The notes under the pieces: model-generated
Database searches by the model: none
What the model saw: only the letters and a program-made list of their open reading frames with translations
Told to the model about the DNA's origin: nothing
Shown: piece after piece, positions 52,256 through 64,000 of the stretch
Numbering within the stretch: position 1 is the stretch's first letter
How the letters are laid out: each line of letters opens with the position of its first letter
Origin: Octopus sinensis
Taxonomy: Eukaryota
NCBI RefSeq assembly: GCF_006345805.1
Contig: NC_042998.1
Span: forward strand, 165,292,001 to 165,356,000
Direction: 5' to 3'
DNA: 64,000 bases
Translations under genes and position numbers: made by a program

Positions 52256-52620
52256 CGTAAATGTTTACTTGCCAACCATATGGTTCGGAGTTTAGTCCCA
52301 CTGTGTGACATCTTGAGCAAGTATCTTTTTCTATAGCCATGGCCTAGCAAATCCTTATGAGTGGGTTTGATAGAACAGAAACTGAAAGAAGCCCGTCGTA
52401 TACATGTATATATATATGTTGTCTTTGTATTTGTCGCCACCCACCACCGCTTGACAACTGGTGTTGGTATGTTTACGTCCCTGTAAACATAAAGAGATAG
52501 ATGGAATGTGTAACAGGCTTAAAAATTCGTAGGGGCTGATTCGTTCGACTAAAATCTTTCAAGGCGGTGCCCCAGCATGGCTGCAGTCTAATTAATTGAG
52601 ACATAAAATATAAAAGATAT
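51745..52620 (+). mobile_element. Two tandem CORE-like SINE family B copies (~51745-52183, ~52258-52618)
   Basis: GTGGTAAG A-box, GAGTTCAGTCC B-box, CACCTTGGRCA(A)GTGT core, internal microsatellite, shared 3' part; resembles octopus OR2-type SINE (from memory, unverified). Confidence 0.8.
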
Positions 52621-53205
52621 ATATTTATGCATTTAGAATTATCTCCCCTCCGCTATAACTCTCTGACCCGTAAATATATTTCTAAGTAAATACTTGTTTA
52701 TTACGAATTATTTATCCACAAGTTTTTTCTAATGGTAGTATGTATTTTTCTCTACCAAAATTTTAAGCTTTTTACATTGCTTACAACCCATAACTGTTAA
52801 TATACTAAATTAATTTTTATATATAGCTATTATATCCCGCTAGACACTTACTATTATTATATTATTTTCTTTGTATTCAAATATATATTCGTGTAGGTGT
52901 ATATTGTTTTTATGTAAGAAAGCATGCATTTACGTATGTCAGTTACGTGTGTTGATCTTTTCTTTACACTTTTTTTGCCTCAGATTTTCTTACTTATATT
53001 TAAAAATATCCGTTGGCCAAAACAGTTATGATTTATTATAGAGATAGACTCGAAACTACATTAACATGTTCCTGTATCTCTCCCTTTTTTTCCCCTTTTA
53101 CAAATTATTTACGAACATCCGGTCGGTTTTTCCGACCTAGCCTCTTTGTTTTTTCCTTCTAATTTTCTTTTGTTAATAACTTATTTGATGTTTCTTTTAA
53201 TTTTT

Positions 53206-53304
53206 TGCACTGACGAGAATGGTTATACATAACTATTTAAATTATTATTAAAATTAATGTGTTTTCTTACATGTTGATATTATCATTCGAAACGGTCGTA
53301 TGTG
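53206..53304 (+). ncRNA. Type I hammerhead ribozyme motif with intact core and enlarged stem II
   Basis: TGCA-CTGACGA-GAATGGT...ATCATTC-GAAAC-ggtc-GTA-TGTG; ~110 nt upstream of (TA)n. Confidence 0.75.
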
Positions 53305-53779
53305 GAAATTAAATTCTAATTTGAACTTGTAACATCTCTACTCCATTTTTCTAATTGTTAGTAGTGTTTTATATAAGATTTTATCTTATACATGCCTATA
53401 ATAAACTCTTTACATATATATATATATATATATATTATTTATATTATTATATGGTCGAACGCCACGCATCCATTTCCAAGTAAGTTTTATCTTAATAATT
53501 CTGATGTGACACTTATATCACTATCCTATCACTATCTATATTCTCCCTCTCTTCTTTCTTTCTTTTTCTCTCCCACCCTTTCTCTAATTCTTCTCCTCCC
53601 TCTTCATCGTTCTCTATCTGTTCCTCTCTCTCCTTGACTCTACCTCCTTGACTCTCGTTGCTCACACATGACCAGCGGCTATCTTTCTTTCTCCTCCTTA
53701 CACTACTGTCAAAGCTTGTTTCTCCAGCGTTCATCACTTCACCTTGTTATGGCTTAACAGCCCTACCATTTGTTTTTAC

Positions 53780-54185
53780 TGTCCTCTTTTTGTTACCACT
53801 TTAACCCTCCGAAAATCCCTAATTTTATTTAATTTGCTTTGCGGGAATGACTGTTTTGACGAAACGCATATTGTCCCGACGTTCTAAATGAGGAGCATAT
53901 ATGGGTACATGGCGTAAAACAAAACGTGAACAACATGAAAAACGGGAACATGAAAAAACAAAAACATGGAAAATGAACTTTTTTTCGAACAAAGAAAGAA
54001 ACAAATAGAGAAACGAGACAGGTAGCATAAAGAACAAACCCTTCATCAGTTGTCCCCTGTTTTATCTAATCTGCATTTCAGACGATAGGACAACATGCGT
54101 CTTCGTCAAAACAGTCGTTCCCGCAAAGCAAATTAAATAAAATTTGGGATTTGCAGAGGTTTAAAGTGGTAACAAAAACAGGACA
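53780..54185. repeat. ~115-bp inverted repeat (53780-53895 / 54071-54185), PLE-like, with degenerate hammerhead 54057-54114 (minus)
   Basis: TTTATTTAATTTGCTTTGCGGGAA vs TTCCCGCAAAGCAAATTAAATAAA; minus TTGACGA-AGACG..CGTCT-GAAA. Confidence 0.8.
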
Positions 54186-56643
54186 TGCGAGTGAGTGGAC
54201 GAATGAAAGAAGGGCACTGAACACCCTTATTGGGAGTTAAGTGGTTACATGTATGGGTCAAAACCATTTCAGTCAAATTCGTCGGTACTCTGTGTTTCAA
54301 AGTGTGATGCTAATACTCAGCCATTGGGAAATTCAAACGCACTCGTACGCGCGCGCACACCCAAACACATATGCACAGGCTTGCATGGATTTTAACCGAG
54401 CGTTCTAAGACGAAACGTATTCCAACGGTGGCTATTCATTCGTTTTCGAAGTAGAACACATTATCCGTTGTGATCTTTCTTACTCAAGATCCTGCTTATG
54501 ATTTGTAGATTTGGTTGCCATTTCTAGCAGTAAATCTACCATACAGAAGCTCAAGATCCGACGCTGACTTATATATTTATGCTACTGGTGTTTGCAAGCT
54601 TAGCCTTTAATTCCGTTGAGACTCTTTCTTCAAGCGGATGACAGATGAATGATGATTTGAAAAAAATTCTTAGTATTTTACACTAAATATTAAAAGAATA
54701 TCAAATCGTTATTCCCAAAAGGTAGGAAACTCAGACACACCGACATGTCTTTAATGGACATAAATTTATGAAAGATAAACTAGTGCAATGCTTCATCTCA
54801 GATGACAAACAGACACAAAAGCATGCGCACATACACACACATACAAACACACACACAAACTCACGTGCCTCTGTGCGTATAAATTTGTACCTATGCAACG
54901 GTAATCATAAATCTGTACAAACGAACTATGCAACCACAGGTATATTAATGTGTGTGAAGATATATATAACATATATATATATATACATTCATGTACACAT
55001 ATGTTTATATATGTACACACATATATATATGGCTACATATGTAAAGATATACTTAAAACTCACACACACGGACACTCGCACGCACACACACACACACACA
55101 CCCACAACACAACTCTCTCTCTCTCTCATATGTATAAAGAGGTGCACATTACGAAAACATTAAAGACTACAAATATATATCTGTACACACAATTGCACAC
55201 TGACGTGCAGTAAATCTAATCAGAGATTGAATGCGTACAATGTGCATCTATATACATGTATTTCTACATATGTGTGTCTGTGTATGCCTGTTTGCCTACG
55301 TACGTGTGCGTGCACGCATGGGTTTGTCTGCGCATGTGTGCGTGCTTCGGTGGATATTTGTACGTATGTATGTGAACTCGCGTCAATGCGGTCACACAAT
55401 CATTCCTTTCGAAAGGAAAGTAAGCACAGTATAGCGTCCATTATAATGGACGCCAACAATGACAAACACCTGTGGCTAATATACTTTACTGCTGCCATTG
55501 TTCGATGATATCTACGGCGGACATTTTCAGCAAATGACAAGAATTCAACTATATCCTTTATAGTTTATCCACGTAACGTTTGGTGGCCATTTCGACAGTC
55601 GCTTTCATTCCCTTTGTGTATATTTATAAATGCGAAATCTTTATTTATTTGTCTTGCTGCCAACGTCAACCTGTTCCAATGTAATTTGGTATGATTCTAC
55701 ATACGGTTATTAGCTACTTGTCAACAAATATCTGTCCTCTGTAATGAAAGCTTAATCTTTCTTCTCAATTTATGTGATTTCCTTTTTGTTGTATTTGAGA
55801 ATCTAAGCTTCAAGACCTATGTGGGTGTATGTATGCATTATCTATGTAAGGGGTTGGATGCATAGGTATGCTTGTGTATATACATGTATATGTGCGTGTG
55901 CATTTGTGTATGTAGGTATGTGTGTGTGTGTGTTTATGAATGTAAATATGTACGTGTGTAGACATGCACTTGTTTACTGGTATACGCTCACAGATACGCA
56001 CAGAGGTAAATAGATACATACACAGAATTGTTAGTTGATGAACAGATAAACAGAGTGATTGATAGACAGATAGACAGATAGATAAGGTGACTGATAAGGA
56101 GATAGAGAGATAGACAGATTGACTGATCGATAAACAGATAAATAGACAGAGATACAGATAGCAAGAAACAAAAAACCAAAAAAAGATAGAACCAGATTGA
56201 TTGATGGATTGATCGCTAGAGAAATACATGGATGAATACGTTTCCTGTATTTATTTCACAGTAAGAATGGTGAAGATGAACTATTTCTGACATTCACATA
56301 AATGTGCAATTCCATATGGCTGGCACGTGTGAGGCCTTATCTATATAAATATATGATGTGACGAAGAATCCTCTAGTTAATGCTGACACATGGCATTCTG
56401 GTTACTTGTCTTATTTTCTCTTGTTTGTTTCATTAGTTTTTTTTTTCTTTGAGATTTCTACGAATGTGTTTTATCTCCGTCATTCCCCATAGCCCTTCTC
56501 GGTTTCTTTGTCATGTTGTTGGAAAGAGGGCTTTGTAGACATACAAGCGGAAGTCTTTTCTAGCGCCGTTTGTGTTAGCTAATCGATTCGCTAGCAGCGA
56601 TCAAAATATATCCTGCCTCATTGTTGGCATATGGCAGCCTTGT

Positions 56644-56644
<1 letters not shown>

Positions 56645-56740
<96 letters not shown>

Positions 56741-56779
56741 CATCTATCCCCCATCTCTGTCTGTCTGTCTGTCTCTGTC

Positions 56780-56869
<90 letters not shown>
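56645..56869. repeat. Compound microsatellite (TATC)n(TGTC)n(TC)n(TA)n
   Basis: Directly visible. Confidence 0.95.
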
Positions 56870-56871
<2 letters not shown>

Positions 56872-56970
56872 CGTGTCTATGTCCCGCCCTCTTTGCTCTC
56901 TCTTACTTTTCTTCTCTTTACGTACATAAATACAAACATTCTTTCAAACATATATGCATACGAACATATA

Positions 56971-57649
56971 CAGGCTGCGATGGGTAAATTGTCGGCATTA
57001 TATATTTTGTTATTTCACGCATGTGCACTATTTGCTTTTGATTTCGTCGACTACACAATATAGTAGGGTCAATTGGGCACCGTCTGTGAGAAAAACAGCA
57101 CTATGACGCAATTCAATCTGTCAGAAATTTGGAAAAGACATGCTGTACTGCTAGGATTTCGAGCCGGAAGCGTCTATACGTTTGGTGGGATACAAAAGGC
57201 TTAGTACACTTTGAACTGTTAAACCCAAACCAAACAATAACAAAGGTGATCTACTGCAAGCAGCTTGAGCGGCTTAAGCCAGTGCCAGAAGAACCACCAT
57301 CTTTGGTTTCAAGACGAAAGGGCCACATACACCGAGGATGACATTCCAAAGAGTGGGAAACGATGCCTCATCCACTATATTCGCCGGACATTGCCCCATC
57401 TAATTATCATTTATTCCACAGTGTTCAAAATCATTTGGACGGGTAAAATATGAATTCCGTCGACGAGGTCAGAACTAAAGGAGTATTTTTCGTCACGGAC
57501 AAGTGAATTTTAGAAGAGGGACCTTGCAAGTCTACCAGATAGATGACAGAGCAGTGTAGGTTATTTTAGATTCAAAAAGTACTTTGCTTATCATAATTTT
57601 GAAAAATAAAAGAAGTATAAAAAACCGCATTATTTATGGGATGACCCAA
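56971..57649 (+). mobile_element. Deleted mariner element
   Basis: VWWDTKGLVHFELLNPNQTITKVIYCKQLERL and WETMPHPLYSPDIAPSNYHLF; right end CCGCATTATTTATGGGATGACCCAA|TA. Confidence 0.85.
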
Positions 57650-57671
57650 TATATGTTTATGTATATAAGTT

Positions 57672-57752
<81 letters not shown>

Positions 57753-57844
57753 TGTGTATGTGTATACGTATACGTATATGCATATGTAGGTGTATGTATG
57801 TATACATATATGTATATGTATGTGTATACATGTAAAGCCATAAA

Positions 57845-58305
57845 ACTGCCGCTAAGCATTTTCCCAGTGCAGTTACGATTCTGCAGCATCGTCGCCTTAA
57901 GAATAAAAATAATAATCCTTCCTACTGGAAGAACAAGGCCTAAAATTTGGAGGAAGGTATTACATCGACACTAGTGCGTAAATTGTACTTATTTAATCGA
58001 CCCCGAAAGGATGAAAGGCAAAGTAGACCCCGGCGGAATTTGAACGTAGCGGCAGACGAAATGCCTCTAAGGATTTCGCCCGGTGTCTTAACGATTTTCC
58101 CAGCTCGCCGCCTTAATAATAATAATGGTTTTAAATATTGGCACAAGGCCAGCAATTTCGGAAGCAGAGATAAGTCGATTACAAGCGCAAAAGAATGAAA
58201 GGCATCGTTTTCAGTGGAATTTGAAAACAAAACGTAAAGACAAATGAAATGTTGCTGAGCATTTCTCCTGGCGTGCTAACGATTCTGCCAGTTCGCAGTC
58301 TTAAT
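57845..58305 (-). mobile_element. Tandem SINE family A copies (tail B and tail C) separated by (AAT)n
   Basis: Heads ending near 57899, 58114, 58302, each followed by AAT repeats. Confidence 0.8.
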
Positions 58306-60092
58306 AATAATAATGATAATAATGATTATATTTATTATTATAGCATCACAATTTTTGCCGACTACCTGTATACTATAAACCAATAAAGGCTTAGGTGGGT
58401 CTACACAACGACAACACAAAAATGTATCAATGTGGAAATTATTTGGCTGTTCTCCTAGTTTCCAAACCCATTGTCTAGATTAATATATTAATGAAACTTA
58501 CTTTTAACACTGCTTTTAGCTCCAGTTCAGATCTATGATAAAAAAATATTTCAGCCATAGTCATCCCGTCATTTATTCAGACATAATATTGCTAAGACTA
58601 CAATATTGAGTACCTTCAAATGTATTAAGGACTACATGATATGTGGTTTGTGCAAGTTTAAGCTGCTATTTCTAGCAGAAGTAGTATCCAGCTAGAGAAT
58701 CCTTCTTTGAAATCGTTGTTGTAATATTGTTCTTGTTACTTCGCCTCAGATCATCCCTGTATATTGTTAAATACTTTCCAACTGTGATTGGATCAAGCAT
58801 ATTTTGAAGACTATATCCTCCTACATCTTTTTCCTTGATCAAGACAGCAGAGTATGCGGTTTTAGAGAAGTCTAACTGCTAATTCTAGACGATTGAGTAG
58901 GCAATTTCAAACTTCTTTGGTGTATATTTATATTTATTAGAAGATATGGTGTTCAAGCCTTTCTAAATGACATTAGATGTGTTTTTAACGTAAAAATCAT
59001 TGCAAATTAAAATTGGAGAACCAATTTTCGGAATACATACTCTTACAGTACAGAGTAAAAAAAAATAACTGTACAGCGATAAAAAAATTATGATAAAGCA
59101 GAAAAGCAAAACAACATAAATGGCAACAATGTTTCCATTGAAAGTTAACAACAGCATCAACAATACATTCTCAGCAACGGCTGCGAAAAGCATGGAGCGA
59201 TTTAAGATGGATATACTGCAGAAGGACAAACAAGTACAGCAGCAACAACGCCCTGTCTGTCTCTCTAGCTCTCTCTCTCTTTCTCTCTCTCTCTTTCTCT
59301 CTCCCTCTCTCTCTCCGTATATATTTATATCTCTCTCACTCCTGGTGGCAATCCAAAGAAAAATCAATAGAACCTGTATGTGGCATCACAACCTGGAAGA
59401 AAGGGCTGCCAGATCTGCTTCGAATGATACTCAATCATCTTTGAAACGTTTTGACCCCAGATAAAAAGTACTCGAGAAAATGATGGAACATATATAGCTT
59501 ATTTTTATATCTTTTAGGATAATGTCTAGTACTCACTACAAGACATCTGATACTGAGAGTAGGGAAGCAGGAAAATGATCTCAAACTGGAAACCTGGCTC
59601 CGATGCCTTTATTAGACCCTTCCACTTGAGTTACTTGAAGGCCAGTGGTATTGGCCGGGTGACGGAGTAATCAATCACTCATCCAGGCCAGGCCAGGCCA
59701 GGCCAAGGTTTGAGCACAACTAGCAAGAAACCAGAATAATTACTGCAATGCACTTATCCAAATCTTTAAACGATTCTACTTGTCCACGGCTCTAGAATAG
59801 TAACATAGAAGGATGAAGAGCAAATTTAACCTTATCAGGTGCAAGGAATCAGAATAAATACCCACATCATAATGACCCTGTTAATTCACCGCCCTGAATG
59901 CTACCTTTTCTGACTGTACGAATTTGCGTCTAAATAACAACAGTAGCAGTAGCAAGAACAACGACGACGACACCAGATTGAGTCAAAAGGGTTTTTAAAT
60001 TTTCACTCATGATCTTTGGCAAGTTGTATCTCCATGTTAATGTTATACAACTTTTCAAATCGTTGCTGAATTGTTCATTCTTTATTTTGATA

Positions 60093-60587
60093 TCTATATA
60101 TATAAAACTGTAGTTGTGTGAGTGTCTGTCCCCTTCGATTTAGATTCCTAACTACTCCCACATTTTGCGGTGCAGTTTAACCAAATTTGGGTATCTTATA
60201 GTCGTGATTCATATCGAGCCCGTCTACGATGAGTCTACGATTTTAAAAATAATTTAACATAATTTTTTATTCCATTTTAATGTATAATTTTTCGTGTGTC
60301 AATGGCGGCGGAGTTGGCGTCCATGGTCACACCTGCACCTGTTTGCTTCTCCCCCTTCTTCCCTCCCTCGTGAAGCTGTGGGGAAGGGAGTGTAAGGAAA
60401 TCAACATCGTAAAGCGTTGTCAAGGAGACCAGCGTTCTTTTAGAACAACGACTTCATGGCTTGAAGACACCAAAACAGAAATGGCTAAGAAAGCCTGAAT
60501 TGGCATCTATAAGGGAAGTAACTCTCTAAAAATGCTTATATAGTTATTTCCCTTACAAACCCGAGCAACGCCGGGCGATACTGCTAG
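60093..60587 (+). mobile_element. Non-autonomous Helitron
   Basis: A|TCTATATATATAAAA start; 3' hairpin CCCGAGCAACGCCGGG then CTAG|T; no TSD. Confidence 0.88.
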
Positions 60588-60649
60588 TATTATATATAAG
60601 CATTAATTGTTTATTCCTTAGAGAATCAGTAGTGGAAAAATTGCAATTA

Positions 60650-61650
60650 GAGCCCTTTTACTCTACCCGTGGTAAAAAGGGACTGAGTGCACCGGTAGTG
60701 GCAAAATAAATTAATGATGTGGAAGGCTCAGGAACTGTCAACGAACGTGTAGCACAAAACTGATTCAGATGTTTCAAGGTGTCACCAGCCTCGAAGAAAA
60801 CTAAGGTCAGAGAGACCTTATTGTGCAAGATGAAATGGATTTGCTTGAAATGGATGACAACAACCAAGTACAAGCAATCCTACATTGTCGGCAGAATTTG
60901 GTCCTTCAGAAAGTACCATCAATAGACACCTTCTGAATCTCGGTCTTGTGAAAAGATGCTGTCGAGAAGCTTCTCCTGAACTGACCAATGGCCAAGCTCA
61001 ATGATGCGTGAACATTTGCTAACAACTACTGGCAAATCCTCAAGACGTCCGTTTTTGTTGTTGAATTGCAACTGGGGACGAAAAATTGATATATTTTCGC
61101 AGTCTCAGTAAGGAAAACCAGATGCTCCGCTCCGGTTAGGCTTCAAAATCAAGGAAAGGTGGATTGAACAGAAGGTCATATTGTATGTTTGGTGGTATCT
61201 TGAGTGGGTGTTGCTCTGAGCTTGTCTCAGATGGCCATGTTGTGAATGCTAACCTTTATGCTGAATAAATGCAGCCAGTATAAAATGCTTTAAAAGAATG
61301 CTACCCGGCATTGGTCAGTTGAAGACGCGCTCTCCTACAGCATTACAACGCCCCAGAACACAATGCCAATGTGACCTAATGAAAATTGTGGAACTTGACC
61401 GGCTGGAAATGCTAGTTCACCCTGCTTTTAGTCCAGACCTTGCACTATCAGATTTCCACATTTTCCGAAGCATGGCTCATTTTCTGCACAGATGATGTTT
61501 CATCAATGTCGATGACATTGAAAACGAGTGCCGGGAGACATTTTGCCTTTAAAACAGCTGAATTCTAAACGCGTGGAACTGAGTTTCTGTCACAGTGATA
61601 GCAACGGTCAACAGAATATAATGGCATATATTTTGATGAATAAACATCTT
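60650..61650 (+). pseudogene. Decayed mariner transposase
   Basis: INDVEGSGTVNERVAQN*FRCFK, IATGDEK, VHPAFSPDLALSDFHIFRSM motifs. Confidence 0.85.
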
Positions 61651-63209
61651 TCGTATGTAATTGGTCTGAACTATTAATTGAAGCTTGACATACTGTTGAC
61701 TCAAAGTATTAGTTGAAATTGTCAGACATTTTGGTGGGCTAAGAATAAAAAAATATTGGATTAGTTGCGTTTTGTAATTCTCAGAATTTACCTATATTTC
61801 TCTCTCTGCACACTTTCCACCCTTCATTTTTCTTTTCTACTATTTATCTACCTCTCTCTCTCTCTCTCTCTCTCGCTTACTTGCTGTAAATCTAGCTATC
61901 TGTCCGTCAATGTATCTATATATGCATACATACATTCACTCACACACACGCGCGCACAAACACACACGCATATATATGTATATCCACGCACAGACACATA
62001 TACACATCTTTACAAACACCTTTCCAGTCTCATACTACCATACATTTTAACCCTGCTTGCTGAATTATGAAAACAAATCGCCATCAGCTGGATTCGAACT
62101 CATAACTCAGGAATTAAAGGGACGTAATTAAATGCAGCAATGCATTTTAATTCGTCACTCACAAACTTTGCCAAACCCAGCGCATTAATAGCTTCAACAA
62201 CAAGAACAAAACTACAAGAGTAACAACAACAACAAAAAACTGAAACAAGCAAGCAAGCAACGTCAGTAAAACCGCGAAAATCGATAGTACTGAATGGAGT
62301 AGAAATTAGAGCGAATCTCTTGGATACCAGTTCCTCTCTAAAACTGGTATCTTAGCAACAGCGAATTATAGGAAATTTGTCAATAATTCGGTGTTGTCCC
62401 TAATTAGGTCTGCTGATATGGCAATCAGTTTTGGTTCTGGAGATTTACAATGAAGACCAGAACACTTCGACTGATATTCAGCAAAATATGGAAACCAACG
62501 AGCAGCATGGCATCTCCCTAGTTTCTTGTTTGTGTGGCAAATTTTAAAATCTATTTCCTGTGTAGGAACACCAAATAAAACTGTTGGATACGCACTGAGT
62601 ATAGATACAATATGTATGCATAAATATGTATGAATGCATTTTTATACGTATGTGTGAGTGCATTTATGCATGTTTGTGGTTATGTATGTATGTATGCATG
62701 TATGTGTACATATGTATGTGTACATATGTATGTATGCATGTATGTGTACATATGTATGCATGTACGTATGTATGCATGTATGCAGGTATTTATATATGTA
62801 TGTATGTATATATCTTCGTACATAGACACACATGTACAAATACATTGCAAATATACAAACACCTCTAAATCTAATGCTAGGATGTATGAATATATTTTAG
62901 GAATCCACTTCGGAAGAAGGAAAACCACAGCTGAATTCATCTGGATTTGAAATCAGAATGTAAAGGAATTCATTGTTATAGGTCACTCACCGATTTTGCT
63001 AAATCCATTTGCCCTGTCGACAACAACAATAACAGCAACAACAATAACAACAACAACAATAGCAAATAGCAGAATAAAGAAAATATAATTATATGAATAT
63101 GCCTCTGTGCGTGTATGTGCATACAAATATATGGATATATCCATATGCTTGTGTATGTATATGTTTATGTATGCAAGCACACACACACACATAAACACAG
63201 ACACAAACA

Positions 63210-63293
<84 letters not shown>

Positions 63294-63554
63294 TCGTTTT
63301 CTAATATACACAGTATAAAGATACAAAGTACAAATAGTTTCTTGCCGTGAAGGCACGTGTCTAGGCAGATTTTTATAACATGCATTGTGTCTCCAAGCAA
63401 TCCCAAGCTCTGAGCACATAGTCTGAGACACGTGTCTTCACATCTAGAAACTGTTAGTATCTCGTATCTTTATAATGTGTGTGTATTAAATGATATATTA
63501 ATCTTTCACTGGATGGAGTACTTTGTTTGTCGATCTTATCTAAATGGAACAGGA

Positions 63555-63593
<39 letters not shown>

Positions 63594-63799
63594 TATATAC
63601 ATGTATTAATTGAAATACCCGATATTGCCCACGTTGTTCGAGTTCTAATCCAAAAGTGTGTTGCTGACATATATTTAAATACAACAAAAGCTGAGCTTTA
63701 CTGGAAGCACTTGCCTTTTGAATACGAAATATATTTCTGTATCAAAATTCTACTTATAAATGCATCTTCGCACATAAAACAAGTAGTCAACATAATCCG

Positions 63800-64000
63800 T
63801 TCTTCTATAGGCATAAGGTCTGAAGTTTTGGGAAAGGGGATAAGTCGATTACATCCACTCCAGTGCATAACTGGTACTTATTTAATCGACCTCAAAATGA
63901 TGAAAGACAAAGTGGACCTCGGCATGATTTGAACTCAGAATATAAAGACGGACGAGATACCAATTTCTTTACTACCCACAAGGGGCTAAACACAGAGGGA
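63800..64000 (-). mobile_element. SINE family A (tail B) interrupted by an element with Tx1-type tail A that runs off the window
   Basis: Minus: ..GCCCCTTGTGGGTAGTAAAGAAATT|GGTATCTCGTC..GAGTTCAAATC.. Confidence 0.8.

Noticed and set aside
59120-59464. 114-aa ORF as a host gene
   Set aside because: Runs through a (CT)n tract and shows no recognisable motif

Overview
AT-rich eukaryotic (animal) non-coding DNA with no recognisable host exon, rRNA or true tRNA gene. The SINE families and microsatellite load suggest an octopus/cephalopod genome (inference). Almost all ORFs in the supplied track are microsatellite artefacts. The real content is a mobile-element ecosystem. (1) Three Tx1/L1-clade non-LTR elements: a full-length frameshifted copy (~24880-30225), a 3'-truncated copy (~31600-35090, minus) and a TSD-bounded ORF1-only copy (46093-47682, minus). 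(2) More than 25 copies or fragments of a tRNA-derived SINE with three alternative 3' tails. One tail matches the 3' end of the Tx1 elements, and the same internal SINE site has been hit twice by elements with that tail. (3) Many Penelope-like (PLE) remnants with type I hammerhead ribozyme motifs, three of them in long inverted repeats. (4) Mariner, hAT, pogo-like and Merlin-like DNA transposon remnants/MITEs and a non-autonomous Helitron. All coordinates were read by eye and may be off by a few bases.
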